Assembly: GCA_963726745.1 (NCBI GenBank)
Contig: CAVSDR010000002.1
Location: 96,001 to 160,000, forward strand
Reading direction: 5' to 3'
Source of the DNA: an uncultured Verrucomicrobiae bacterium
GTDB taxonomy: Bacteria > Verrucomicrobiota > Verrucomicrobiia > Chthoniobacterales > UBA10450
Length of the DNA: 64,000 nt
Shown here: positions 20,056 to 32,188 of the stretch, piece by piece
Numbering within the stretch: the first letter of the stretch is position 1
Layout of the letters: every line of letters starts with the position of its first letter
Position numbers and translations under genes: made by a program
Notes under the pieces: model-generated
What the model saw: the letters and a program-made list of their open reading frames with translations, nothing else
Told to the model about the DNA's origin: nothing
Database searches by the model: none

Positions 20056-22650
20056 CTAATTCGCGTCCGCTTCCGTTTCGACTTCCGCCTCGTCGATCAC
20101 GTCGCTCACCACCGGCGCGATCGCCTGGAGCTTCTCGCCCGATTTCAGGTCCATCAATTTTACGCCCATGGTGTTCCGGCCGACGGCGCGGATCTCCTTG
20201 ATCCGCGTGCGCACCATCTGGCCCTTGGTCGTAATCAGCATGAGCTCGTCGGCGTCGGTCACGGTGAGAGCGCCGACGACTTTGCCGGTCTTGTCGCCCG
20301 TTTTCATCGTGATGATGCCTTTGCCTCCGCGGGACTGCGTGCGGTAATCGTCGAACGGCGTCCGTTTGCCGATGCCGTTCTCGCCGGCCACGAGCAACAT
20401 GGCATCCGTGTTCACGATCGCACTCGCGACCACGTGATCGCCTTTCACCGGGCGAATGCCCCAGACGCCCACGGTGTTGCGCCCCTGGTCGCGCAGCTGA
20501 TCCTCATGGAAACGCAGGCTCATGCCGTTGCGCGTGATCAGGACGATCTGGTCGTCGCCGGTGGTTAGTTGCGCGTCGATCAGGCAATCGTCTTCCTCGA
20601 TCTGGATGGCAATGATGCCGCCTTTCCGGACGTTGGAGTAATCGGAAAGGTTCGACTTCTTCACGATGCCGGTGCGGGTGGCGAAGACGATGTGCAGGTT
20701 TTCGTCCCAAGTAGTGTCAACCGCGTTCGCGCCGATGCCGGTGCGCTTCGACTGGATGCGGATGGTCGCGGCGATTTTCTCGTCGCTCCGCAGTTCGAGC
20801 AGGTTCGCGATCGAGCGACCTTTGGCGGCGCGGCCCATCTCCGGAATCTCGTAGACTTTCTCCACGTAGCAGCGGCCGCTCTCGGTGAAGAACATCAGGT
20901 AATCGTGCGTCGTCGCGGTGAAGAGATGCTCCACGAAGTCGCCCTCGTCCTCGTCGCGCGCGCCTTCGCGGGCGACCATGCCGATGACGCCTTTGCCGCC
21001 GCGACGCTGCGCGCGGAAGGCGCTCACCGCGGTCCGCTTGATGAAGCCGCCGTGGGTAATGGTGATGATCGTCCCTTCGTTGGCGATCAAGTCTTCCATG
21101 TTGATCTCGCCCTCGTCGGGGACAAGCTGCGTCAGGCGCGGGCCGGCGTACTTCGTCTGGATTTCGCGCAGCTCGGCCTTGATGATCTCGAGCACGCGCG
21201 ACTCCTTCGCGAGGATGTCGCGCAGGTCCTTGATCCGCTCGATCAACTCGTTGTACTCCGCCTGGAGCTTCTCGCGCTCGAGACCGGTCAGCTGGTAAAG
21301 GCGGAGATCGAGGATCTGATTCGCCTGGTGTTCGCTGAAGGCGTAACGGCCGTCGACCAGGCGCGCTTCGTTGCGGATCAGGATGCCGATCTGTTCGACC
21401 TGTTTGCGGGTGAACTCGAAGGCTAAAAGTTTGACCCGCGCTTCTTCGCGGTTGGCCGAGTTGCGGATGATGCGGATGAACTCGTCGAGATTAGCCAGCG
21501 CGATCAGGTAACCTTCGAGGGTCTCGGCGCGGTCCTCGGCTTTGCGCAATTCGAAGCGCGTCCGGCGCAGCACGACCTCGCGGCGATGCTCGATGTAAGC
21601 CGTGTTCGCGTCCTTCAGGTTGAGCAGCTTCGGCCGGCCGTGATCGATCGCGAGCATCGAGGCGGCGAACGAACTCTCGAGCGCGGTGTGCTTGTAAAGA
21701 TTGTTGATGACGACCTTGGGATTGCCGTCGCGCTTGAGCTCGATGACCACGCGCGTGTTCTCATCGGACTCGTCGCGGATCGCGCTGATATCAGTCAGCA
21801 CTTTGTCGTTCACCAGCGAGGCGATCCGTTCCACGAGAGTGGCGCGGTTCACGTTGTAGGGAATCTCGGTGATCACGATCTGCTCGCGATTGCCCTTGAG
21901 CTCCTCGACGCCGGCTTTGCCGCGCACTTTCATGCTCCCGCGGCCGGTCTCGAGGTATTGCTTGATCCCGCTCAACCCGCAAAGGGCGCAGCCGGTCGGA
22001 AAGTCCGGGCCCTTCACGTATTTCATCAGGCCTTCGACCGTGATGTCAGGATCGTCGATCTGCGCGCAGATGCCGTCGATGACTTCGCCGAGGTTATGCG
22101 GCGGGATGTTCGTGGCCATGCCGACGGCGATGCCGGTGCCGCCGTTAACCAGCAGGTTCGGGAAAGCGCTCGGGAAGACCGTCGGCTCGGTGCGGGTCTC
22201 GTCGTAGTTCGGGACGAAGTCGACCGTGTCCTTGTCCATGTCGACCATGAGCGCGGCGCCCAGGTGCGTCATGCGCGCCTCGGTGTAACGCATCGCGGCC
22301 GGCGGATCGCCTTCCACGGAACCAAAGTTGCCCTGGCCGTCGACCAGGGTCTCGCGCATGGCCCAGTCCTGCGCCATGTGCACCAGCGTCGGGTAAATTA
22401 CCGCCTCGCCGTGCGGGTGATAGTTACCGCTGGTGTCGCCGCAAATCTTGGCGCACTTACGATGCTGCCGGTTCGGGAAGAGCGAGAGGTCGTGCATCGC
22501 AAACAGGATGCGACGCTGCGAAGGCTTGAGCCCGTCGCGCGCATCGGGGAGCGCGCGCGAGATGATGACCGACATGGAGTAATCGAGGAATGACCTCGAG
22601 ACTTCTTCGGCGACGTTGATGGGCTCGATCTTTTCGTTGGGGTTATACAC
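20056..22650 (-). CDS. gyrA: DNA gyrase subunit A
   Basis: RALPDARDGLKP, YHPHGE, AAMRYTEAR, GyrA-box QRRGGKG. Confidence 0.97.
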   Translation of the reverse strand: MYNPNEKIEPINVAEEVSRSFLDYSMSVIISRALPDARDGLKPSQRRILFAMHDLSLFPNRQHRKCAKICGDTSGNYHPHGEAVIYPTLVHMAQDWAMRETLVDGQGNFGSVEGDPPAAMRYTEARMTHLGAALMVDMDKDTVDFVPNYDETRTEPTVFPSAFPNLLVNGGTGIAVGMATNIPPHNLGEVIDGICAQIDDPDITVEGLMKYVKGPDFPTGCALCGLSGIKQYLETGRGSMKVRGKAGVEELKGNREQIVITEIPYNVNRATLVERIASLVNDKVLTDISAIRDESDENTRVVIELKRDGNPKVVINNLYKHTALESSFAASMLAIDHGRPKLLNLKDANTAYIEHRREVVLRRTRFELRKAEDRAETLEGYLIALANLDEFIRIIRNSANREEARVKLLAFEFTRKQVEQIGILIRNEARLVDGRYAFSEHQANQILDLRLYQLTGLEREKLQAEYNELIERIKDLRDILAKESRVLEIIKAELREIQTKYAGPRLTQLVPDEGEINMEDLIANEGTIITITHGGFIKRTAVSAFRAQRRGGKGVIGMVAREGARDEDEGDFVEHLFTATTHDYLMFFTESGRCYVEKVYEIPEMGRAAKGRSIANLLELRSDEKIAATIRIQSKRTGIGANAVDTTWDENLHIVFATRTGIVKKSNLSDYSNVRKGGIIAIQIEEDDCLIDAQLTTGDDQIVLITRNGMSLRFHEDQLRDQGRNTVGVWGIRPVKGDHVVASAIVNTDAMLLVAGENGIGKRTPFDDYRTQSRGGKGIITMKTGDKTGKVVGALTVTDADELMLITTKGQMVRTRIKEIRAVGRNTMGVKLMDLKSGEKLQAIAPVVSDVIDEAEVETEADAN

Positions 22651-22662
22651 GGCGGGTTCGAA

Positions 22663-23130
22663 CTAGACAGGATTTACAGGATTGTTTGGATGAACAGGAT
22701 GATGCAGATCGACTCCCTCGGGAGCAGACGTTTGCCGGCGATGCTTGCGTTTGAACTGCAGGCTGGGAGTTCCGAAATTCAAGAGGAGACCGATGTCGTG
22801 CTGAGTCGCGGTCAGGTAGTTCACTAGCTGCACTTCATCGGCTTTGCTTAAGGCACTCGCTGCTTTCAGTTCGCAAAGGATGAAGCCATTCACGACGACG
22901 TCCGCGATGAAGTCGCCCACAATGACGTGCTCGTATTTGACCGTAATCCGTTTTTCCAGTTCGACGGAAAGGCCAGCGCGCCGGAGCTCAAAGGCGAACG
23001 CGTTTCGATAGACGGATTCAAGGAACCCCGAGCCTAGTCCCCGGTGCACCTTCATGGCGCATCCGATGATCCTTTCGGTGAGCGCGTGATCTTCAGTGAA
23101 ATCCAATCCAGTAAATCCTTTGAATCCCAT
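22663..23130 (-). CDS. GxxExxY protein (PD-(D/E)xK nuclease-like fold)
   Basis: IIGCAMKVHRGLGSGFLESVY, F.ADVVV...CELKA, QLVNYL, GLLLNFG. Confidence 0.92.
   Translation of the reverse strand: MGFKGFTGLDFTEDHALTERIIGCAMKVHRGLGSGFLESVYRNAFAFELRRAGLSVELEKRITVKYEHVIVGDFIADVVVNGFILCELKAASALSKADEVQLVNYLTATQHDIGLLLNFGTPSLQFKRKHRRQTSAPEGVDLHHPVHPNNPVNPV
22666..22701 (+). repeat. Tandem 9-bp repeats, left arm: GACAGGATT TACAGGATT GTTTGGATG AACAGGATG
   Basis: GGAT at an exact 9-bp period; encodes the HPVHPNNPVNPV C-terminus of the GxxExxY protein. Confidence 0.85.
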
Positions 23131-23140
23131 CAATCCTGTC
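23105..23140 (-). repeat. Tandem 9-bp repeats, right arm (minus strand): GACAGGATT GATGGGATT CAAAGGATT TACTGGATT
   Basis: GGATT at an exact 9-bp period, inverted relative to the left arm; overlaps the GxxExxY start (MGFKGFTGL). Confidence 0.85.
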
Positions 23141-23147
23141 TAGTTCG

Positions 23148-25760
<2,613 letters not shown>

Positions 25761-25943
25761 CTAGAGGAGAAAGCGTTGGGCAACAACGGATTTTTCCGGT
25801 TTGGAACCCGGTATTTTCCGCAACAAATAGTGCCCGGGACCACGGCGAGCGCGCTATCTTGTGCCCCGTCGAGGTTTGGCCCTGCCGGCTCGGAGAGGAC
25901 GCTTGACCGTCTCCGTTCCGCCCTCGAACCTGTGGGCGAAATT

Positions 25944-26573
25944 ATGCGCTGGCAGACACTTTATGAAGGCCGTTGGATCTTCGCCATTCTCGCCCTGCTG
26001 GCGCTCATCTCGCTGTTTATTTTTCCGTGGCTCGCGCTGCTTTTCGTGGCGCTGATTGTTTACACGCTGGCCTTCTTTCGCGACCCCGAGCGAACCACGC
26101 CGCCGGATGCGCAGATCGTGGTCGCCGCGGCCGATGGTGTGGTTGCCGACATCATGGAAATCGAGGAGCCGGAAGTGCTCAGGGCGTCAATGAAGCGCGT
26201 CGGCATTTTCCTCTCCGTCTTCGACGTGCACACGAACCGCGCGCCGGTCGAAGGCCGGGTCAGTTATCGGCAACATCACGAAGGTCTTTGCCTCGATGCG
26301 CGCAGCCCGGAGTGTTCCGGCAAAAACGAAGCCATGACCTGGGCGTTTGAGAATCCGCGCGCGGTCGTGGTCGTGCGCCAGCTCACCGGCGCGATTGCCC
26401 GGCGCATCGTCGGCTGGTCCGAGGTGGGCGATTACCTCGCGAAGGGCGAACGCTTCGGGATGATCCGCTTTGGCTCGCGCACGGAAGTCTACCTGCCGCT
26501 CGAGGCGGAGATCACGGTGAAGGTCGGCGAGCGCGTCGTCGGCGGAGCCTCGATCATCGCGCGGCTTCCCTAA
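25944..26573 (+). CDS. psd: Phosphatidylserine decarboxylase proenzyme
   Basis: FFRDPER, IFLSVFDVH.NRAP, GMIRFGSR cleavage motif. Confidence 0.9.
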   Translation: MRWQTLYEGRWIFAILALLALISLFIFPWLALLFVALIVYTLAFFRDPERTTPPDAQIVVAAADGVVADIMEIEEPEVLRASMKRVGIFLSVFDVHTNRAPVEGRVSYRQHHEGLCLDARSPECSGKNEAMTWAFENPRAVVVVRQLTGAIARRIVGWSEVGDYLAKGERFGMIRFGSRTEVYLPLEAEITVKVGERVVGGASIIARLP

Positions 26574-26576
26574 CGC

Positions 26577-27414
26577 ATGTCCGACGAGCAATACCCGAAG
26601 ATCTACCTGCTGCCGAACTTGATGACGGCGGGTAACCTCTTTTGTGGGTTCGCGGCCACGCTGAAGATCGTCCAGGGCGCGCTTTTGCAATCGACGCAGC
26701 CGGATGCCGCTTCCGCGCTCTTCCATGCGGCGATTTGGTTCATCCTCGGCGCCTGCGTCTTCGACTTGCTCGATGGCCGCCTCGCACGGCTCGGCGGGCA
26801 GGATAGCCCGTTCGGGCGGGAGTTCGACTCGTTAGCCGACATTGTCTCGTTCGGCCTGGCGCCGGCGCTGATGGTTTACCGGATTGTCTTGATCGACTTT
26901 CCGCCGGCAGCCGGCTCGGTGATTGCGTTTGTCTATCTCGTTTGCGGCGCCTTGCGCCTGGCGCGTTTTAATTGCATCGCCGCGGCCGGGAGCTCCGGTG
27001 GACGGGACAAAAACTTCCGCGGCTTTCCGATTCCTGCGGCTGCGGGAGTGATCGCGTCGCTGACGCTTTTCATGCTCTGGTGGACTGGGGAGCGCGACCA
27101 CGAGATCGGTCGCTGGAAGTGGGTCCTGCCGCCGCTGATGGTCTTCCTTTCGTTCATGATGTTCAGCAAGTTCAGCTACCCGAGCTTCAAGGGAGTGAAC
27201 TGGCGGACAACACGCTCGGTGCCCGCGTTTCCTCGCGATCAGCCTCATCCTCATCCTGACGGTGATGAACTACGAGTGGATGCCGGCGGTCCTCTTCCTC
27301 GCGTATCTGCTCTACGGCTTCCTGCGGCCCTGGCTTTCGAAAGCCTGGCGGCGCGAAATCGAGGAAGAGATCGGCGAGGAGATCCCCGGCGAGTCGGCCG
27401 ATGACGCTGTCTAG
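26577..27414 (+). CDS. pssA: CDP-diacylglycerol-serine O-phosphatidyltransferase (frameshift near 27225)
   Basis: LLPNLMTAGNLFCG, DLLDGRLAR, DSLADIVSFG, LRLARFN; shifted frame ends ..GESADDAV* at 27414. Confidence 0.9.
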
Positions 27415-28124
27415 CCGTTGAGCTGGGCGAGAACTTCCGGGTCGCGCACGTCGGCCCAATCGCCCGTCAGCTCGAGCGCCTGAACTTTGCGGCCAGAATG
27501 CGCCAGGGCGCGGATGGCGTCGGTTAGTTCGTATTCGCCGCGGGGCGAACGCTCCAGCTTGGCGGTGAACTCGAAAATGCTCGGGCGAAAGGCGTAGACG
27601 CCGGCGTTATACCAGGGGCTCGTTGGCTCGCCCGGGAGCGGTTTCTCGCGCAGGTCGGTGAGCTCGAATTTGTCATTCACAAAGACCGCGCCGCCCTGGC
27701 TGACGTCGTCGGAATGCTTCACCGACACGATCGCCTCGGTCTCGTTAGGCAGCGAGATCAGGCGTAGGTAATTCTCCGGGTCGAGCAGGATGTCGCCGTA
27801 GCTCAAGAGAAATGGATTCGACCCGCAAAAGTCGCGCGCTAATTCGACCACGCGGCCGGTGCCGTCCTGCGTCTCCTGGATGGCGTAGCTCACCCGCGCG
27901 CCGAGTTTCCCGCCATCGCCAAAGAATTCCCGCACGACCTCCGCGCGCCAGCCGACGATCATGAGAACGTCGGCAATGCCTGCGGCCTGCATGCCCTCGA
28001 GGATGTGCTGCAGGATCGGCTTCCCGCGCACCGACAGCATCGGCTTTGGCAAAGCGCTCGTTAGTTCGCGCATGCGCGTGCCCCGGCCGGCGGCGAGAAG
28101 GACAGCTTTGCGGATCGCGCTCAT
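27411..28124 (-). CDS. Sugar-phosphate nucleotidyltransferase
   Basis: KAVLLAAGRGTRM..PKPM, SPRGEYELTDAI, W.DV. Confidence 0.85.
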   Translation of the reverse strand: MSAIRKAVLLAAGRGTRMRELTSALPKPMLSVRGKPILQHILEGMQAAGIADVLMIVGWRAEVVREFFGDGGKLGARVSYAIQETQDGTGRVVELARDFCGSNPFLLSYGDILLDPENYLRLISLPNETEAIVSVKHSDDVSQGGAVFVNDKFELTDLREKPLPGEPTSPWYNAGVYAFRPSIFEFTAKLERSPRGEYELTDAIRALAHSGRKVQALELTGDWADVRDPEVLAQLNG

Positions 28125-28190
28125 CCTCGAACGCTTCGACGCGCTCCGTTTCATTTGCAATCTCTCTTTGGATTCGCCAGCGTCCGCCCC

Positions 28191-28595
28191 ATGCGCATGC
28201 AATTCCTGGCGAAATACCGTGAGACCGGCCTCCTCCTGATGCGCCTTGGGCTGGGCGTGCTCTTTATCATCCTCACCGGACCGGTGCTGCTCGGCGGGCC
28301 AAGCCGCTGGGCCGCTTTTGGCAACGGCATCCGGCATCTTGGCTTGCACTCGCATTATCAGTTCTGGGGCTTCCTCGGTGCGCTCATGGGCTGCGCCGGC
28401 GGCGCCTTGATGATTTTTGGGCTGTTCTTCCGGCCGGCGGTGCTGCTCGTTTTTGCGCTCACGTGCATCCACTTGTTAGGCGCGCTCGACGGCGCAAGCG
28501 CGTGGCGGGCAAACCTGGCCGCGGTGGAGCTCGCCCTTATGCTCCTCGGCCTGCTCTTCGTGGGCCCAGGGAAGTACAGCGTGGATAAATCCTAG
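28191..28595 (+). CDS. DoxX family membrane protein
   Basis: GLLLMRLGLG, GLFFRPA, GPGKYSVD. Confidence 0.8.
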   Translation: MRMQFLAKYRETGLLLMRLGLGVLFIILTGPVLLGGPSRWAAFGNGIRHLGLHSHYQFWGFLGALMGCAGGALMIFGLFFRPAVLLVFALTCIHLLGALDGASAWRANLAAVELALMLLGLLFVGPGKYSVDKS

Positions 28596-29830
28596 CGCGC
28601 CGGTGCCGGTGCGAGCCCGACCGGGGCCGCGACTGGCGCGATCCGTGGAACCGCCACGGCCACGGGCGCAGCTGGCGCAGCTTTGGTCACCGTCTGCAAG
28701 CCGAGACCAGACGGCGCCTCGACATCGGACAAGCCCTGGATCTTCTTGGAGGCGTCGAGACGCTGCAGCATCCGGCTCTTGTTTGAGCAATAGAGCAGGG
28801 TGGCTTCCTCGGAGATCTCGCCGGCCTCGAAGGCGCGCAGCAGCGATTGGTCAAACGAATGCCAGCCCATGGTGCCGCCGGCTTCGATAATGTCGACAAA
28901 CGTCCGGTTTTCATTTTCCCCGTAGAGGATCACTTCGCGCGTGCGCAGGCTGCTGCCCATGATCTCGCTGACCATGAGCCGACCACCGCCGACCTTGCTG
29001 ACAAGGCGCTGGCTAACGACATACCGCACGGTCTCGGCAAGGCGCTGGCGCAATTGTTGTTCTTCCTCGCGCCCGAACATGCCGAGGATGCGGTTGATCG
29101 TCTGACCGGCATTGATCGTGTGCAGGGTCGAGTAAACCACGTGGCCGGTTTCCGCCGCGGTCATGGCGATCTCCATCGTCTCGCGGTCGCGAATTTCACC
29201 GACAAGGATGACTTTGGGCGCTTGCCGGAGCGCGGCCCGGAGGCCGTCGGCAAAAGTGAAGAAATCCTTCCCGAGTTCGCGCTGGCTCATGGCGGCCATG
29301 CGGTGTGGATGCAGGAATTCGATTGGGTCCTCCAGGGTAAGGATGTGAATTCCTTGGGTCACGTTCAGCTCGTTCAGCATCGCGGCCAGGGTGGTCGTCT
29401 TGCCGCTGCCGGTGCCGCCGGTCACGAAAACGATCCCGTTCTTGGCCTTGATAATCTCGCGGAAAATAGGGGCCATCCCAAGCGCGTCGAGGCTGGGGAT
29501 CTCGGATTGCAGCTTCCGCATCACAATCGCGTGGCGGCCGCATTGCTTAAAGACATTGACGCGGAACCGAGCCACCGGCTCGAGCGAGTAACTGCAATCG
29601 CAGGAGCCAGTGTTGCGCAAGTCGGCTTGCAGGCGCTCGCTCCCGTCGAGGATCAGGTCGGTGATTTGCTGGATGATCACGCCGTCGAGATCGCGATCGG
29701 TGGGGAAGGGTTGCAGCTGGCCATGGCGCTCGATCAAAGGCGGCTTGCCGGAGATAAAAAGTAGATCTGAAACCCCCGGGCCGCTCTCCAGCATTCCCGC
29801 CAACAACCCGTCGAGCGTCTCTTTCCTCAT
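28592..29830 (-). CDS. pilT: PilT/PilU family pilus ATPase
   Basis: RFRVNVF, GGTGSGKTTT, TLEDPIEF, ALRQAP.VILVGEIRD, AAETGH..STLHT. Confidence 0.88.
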   Translation of the reverse strand: MRKETLDGLLAGMLESGPGVSDLLFISGKPPLIERHGQLQPFPTDRDLDGVIIQQITDLILDGSERLQADLRNTGSCDCSYSLEPVARFRVNVFKQCGRHAIVMRKLQSEIPSLDALGMAPIFREIIKAKNGIVFVTGGTGSGKTTTLAAMLNELNVTQGIHILTLEDPIEFLHPHRMAAMSQRELGKDFFTFADGLRAALRQAPKVILVGEIRDRETMEIAMTAAETGHVVYSTLHTINAGQTINRILGMFGREEEQQLRQRLAETVRYVVSQRLVSKVGGGRLMVSEIMGSSLRTREVILYGENENRTFVDIIEAGGTMGWHSFDQSLLRAFEAGEISEEATLLYCSNKSRMLQRLDASKKIQGLSDVEAPSGLGLQTVTKAAPAAPVAVAVPRIAPVAAPVGLAPAPAR

Positions 29831-29882
29831 CTTGCAGGAAAAGAGCTAAGAACGTGCCGAAGCCGCGGGTAAAATCGGACCG

Positions 29883-30182
29883 TTAAGGAGCCCCTGAAGC
29901 CAGGAGATAAGAGGTGACTGCCTGCTCTTGCGTTGGAGTTAATCCGGAACGTTTGGCCATTTTCGCGACCAGTCCCGGCCATGCTTGCGGGCTATGGTCA
30001 GCCACGGCCGGAAGCGCATGACATTTCGCGCAGCGCGAGAGGTAAAGCTGCCGGCCCTGGGCTAGCGCCGGACGGCCACTGACCGCGGGCGCCGCGACGT
30101 TAGAGGTGGCGGGGCCGCTGGATTCACATCCGACAAAAACAGCCGACAAGATCACCACCGCGAGCACGAGCGCCGGTCGCAT
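29883..30182 (-). CDS. Small monoheme cytochrome c lipoprotein
   Basis: Lipobox-like VFVGC, heme motif CAKCH, candidate distal Met in KMAKRS. Confidence 0.75.
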   Translation of the reverse strand: MRPALVLAVVILSAVFVGCESSGPATSNVAAPAVSGRPALAQGRQLYLSRCAKCHALPAVADHSPQAWPGLVAKMAKRSGLTPTQEQAVTSYLLASGAP

Positions 30183-30185
30183 GCG

Positions 30186-30908
30186 CTAGAATGAGTAACC
30201 GGCAATCGTACGCACCTGGAAATCGGTTTCGTCTTCCACGCCGGTGAGCTGCGCGAGGGCGGTCGCGGTAAGCCACCAATTGCCCGCGCGCACCGACAGG
30301 TTCGGCCCGGCGTAGACCACGTTGTCGCCGCGACGTTCCCATTCGGGGAAGCCGACTTCGTGGAGCAACTCGCCGCCGACAAAAAATCGCGGCGACACCT
30401 GGTAGCTCAAGCCGGCGGTTTGCTGGAACTCGCCGTTGCGCTCCTCGTAGTTGTGGCCTTCCCACTCGCCCTCGAGCGTGGCGTTATAGGCGAGCATAAA
30501 GCGGCCAAGATTTCTCTGCAGGATCACCTTGCCCTCGAGTTCGACCAGCTCGTCGCCTACCTTGATCTCGCCATAAATGGCCGAGCCAAGCGCGGAGGTC
30601 TCGGGATTGGTTAGATTATACATCACCTCGACCGCAGCATCGTGGAAGCGCGCGCGATCATCCCGGGTGAAGTAACTCCAGTCGGCCACGTAGAGCGCGA
30701 GCTGCAGGCGGTCAGTCAGGCCGAACTCGATCTCGTGCCGGAAGTCGAAGCGATGCTCCTTCCAGGTGACCCAAGTTTCGAGCTCGACCGTGCCGGGGGC
30801 GGCGGTGGTCGATTCGTAGACGTAGGTGAAACGGCGATTGTTCGCCTGCGCCGGGAGCGCGCAGACGCAGGCCAGAGCGAGGACAACAAATAGACGCAGT
30901 GGTTTCAT
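30186..30908 (-). CDS. Secreted, probably outer-membrane beta-barrel protein of unknown function
   Basis: Signal peptide (AQA), alternating beta-strand pattern, C-terminal GYSF. Confidence 0.65.
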   Translation of the reverse strand: MKPLRLFVVLALACVCALPAQANNRRFTYVYESTTAAPGTVELETWVTWKEHRFDFRHEIEFGLTDRLQLALYVADWSYFTRDDRARFHDAAVEVMYNLTNPETSALGSAIYGEIKVGDELVELEGKVILQRNLGRFMLAYNATLEGEWEGHNYEERNGEFQQTAGLSYQVSPRFFVGGELLHEVGFPEWERRGDNVVYAGPNLSVRAGNWWLTATALAQLTGVEDETDFQVRTIAGYSF

Positions 30909-30941
30909 GATTAAGGAACTGATCGTTAGGGAAAGCGCGCG

Positions 30942-32045
30942 CTAAACCAGCTTGGCCGGCTCGGATTCGAGCGCTTCCGGAATGACGACATCGCCCTCGG
31001 GCGTGCCGCCGCTGAGCATCTGCGCGCCATAGTAGGAACCAACGACGAGGATGGCCGCGATCGCCTGGGCGAGGAGCGTTTCAACCGTCGGGAAGACAGC
31101 GAACCACATCCCCATCCAGCCGGGGATGACGTTTTCGAGTGCCGGGATCGGCGTGGTGCCGATCCAATGCGCCAGCTGCATTTCCTGCGCTTGCTCGCCC
31201 ACCATGACCAGAAGGACGACACCCAGCAAGATGCCGGTGGTGATGAGCATTTTCCGGTAAGGCAGCCGCTGTTGCAGCGCGAAGGTGAGGATGGCGACGA
31301 AACCGGTGAGCGTGAGGCCAAGCAGCGCCCCTTTGAGAACGACGCCGCCACCAAGGCGCAGGTTGTAGCTTTGCAGGAAGAGGACAACTTCGAAGCCTTC
31401 GCGATAGAGCGAGGTGAAGCCGAGGAGAATGAAGCCCCACCAGAGACGCCGCGGGGTGATCACGGTGGCACCGGCATTGGCCAGCAACGCCTTGCGCCGG
31501 CGATTGTGCGCCTTGATCCAGCCGCCCCAGTAAATCTTGTGGAAGAACCAGTTCATGATCACGAGCAGGACAATGACCGCGAGCAAGCCGGTGGCGGCCT
31601 GCAAATCGAGCGCAGGCACGCTTTCGGTCAGCTGGCCCATGATCCCGACGGCGATGAACCAGGTGACCAGCGACGCACCAAAAGCGATCGCCGCGCCGAG
31701 CGCGACCGGCCGGCGGTGCGCGCGTTTCGCGCCGACCATGCTCGCGGTGATCGCGGCGAGCACCAGAATGCACTCCAACCCTTCGCGAAAGACGAGCACG
31801 CCGATGTCGAGAAAAGCGACGGTCGAGGAAGTGCGCGGGCGGAGCGGATCGGGCTCGCCATGCGAGTGGATGCCTTGCCAGACGAGCACGCCCACGATCG
31901 AGAGCATGGCGACGGAAAGGAAAATTTTGACCGCGAGACGGTAGGGAGACTTCGCTTTTTTCGGCGAACGCGCGGCGGTAGGCGGAGGAGTGGAGGTCAT
32001 GCGCGGGCGGAGCGTCGGTTGAGACATTGTAGCCGTGGATTGCAT
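30942..32045 (-). CDS. FTR1/EfeU family iron (or lead) permease
   Basis: Two RExxE motifs (FREGLE, YREGFE); multi-TM. Confidence 0.88.
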   Translation of the reverse strand: MQSTATMSQPTLRPRMTSTPPPTAARSPKKAKSPYRLAVKIFLSVAMLSIVGVLVWQGIHSHGEPDPLRPRTSSTVAFLDIGVLVFREGLECILVLAAITASMVGAKRAHRRPVALGAAIAFGASLVTWFIAVGIMGQLTESVPALDLQAATGLLAVIVLLVIMNWFFHKIYWGGWIKAHNRRRKALLANAGATVITPRRLWWGFILLGFTSLYREGFEVVLFLQSYNLRLGGGVVLKGALLGLTLTGFVAILTFALQQRLPYRKMLITTGILLGVVLLVMVGEQAQEMQLAHWIGTTPIPALENVIPGWMGMWFAVFPTVETLLAQAIAAILVVGSYYGAQMLSGGTPEGDVVIPEALESEPAKLV

Positions 32046-32188
32046 TACGGCGACAGGTTACGCAGGCCGCGAGCGCCCTGCTGCCGTTCACTTGCTAATT
32101 TTTAGCGGCCGGTTGCGCAGGCTCCCGCGGACGCGCAAGCGGACGCCGGTCTGGTTGTGATCACGCGTGCCGAAGATTACCGTGGCGC

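Larger units (their letters stand above)
22659..23147. mobile_element. Putative inverted-repeat-bounded cassette carrying a GxxExxY gene, inserted between gyrB and gyrA
   Basis: Perfect 16-bp IR CGAACTAGACAGGATT (22659-22674) / AATCCTGTCTAGTTCG (23132-23147); right end abuts the gyrB stop, left end is 8 bp from the gyrA start. Mobility is inferred. Confidence 0.6.

Noticed and set aside
22666..23140. CRISPR-like array
   Set aside because: Units are only 9 bp, four per arm, inverted around an ORF; no cas genes.
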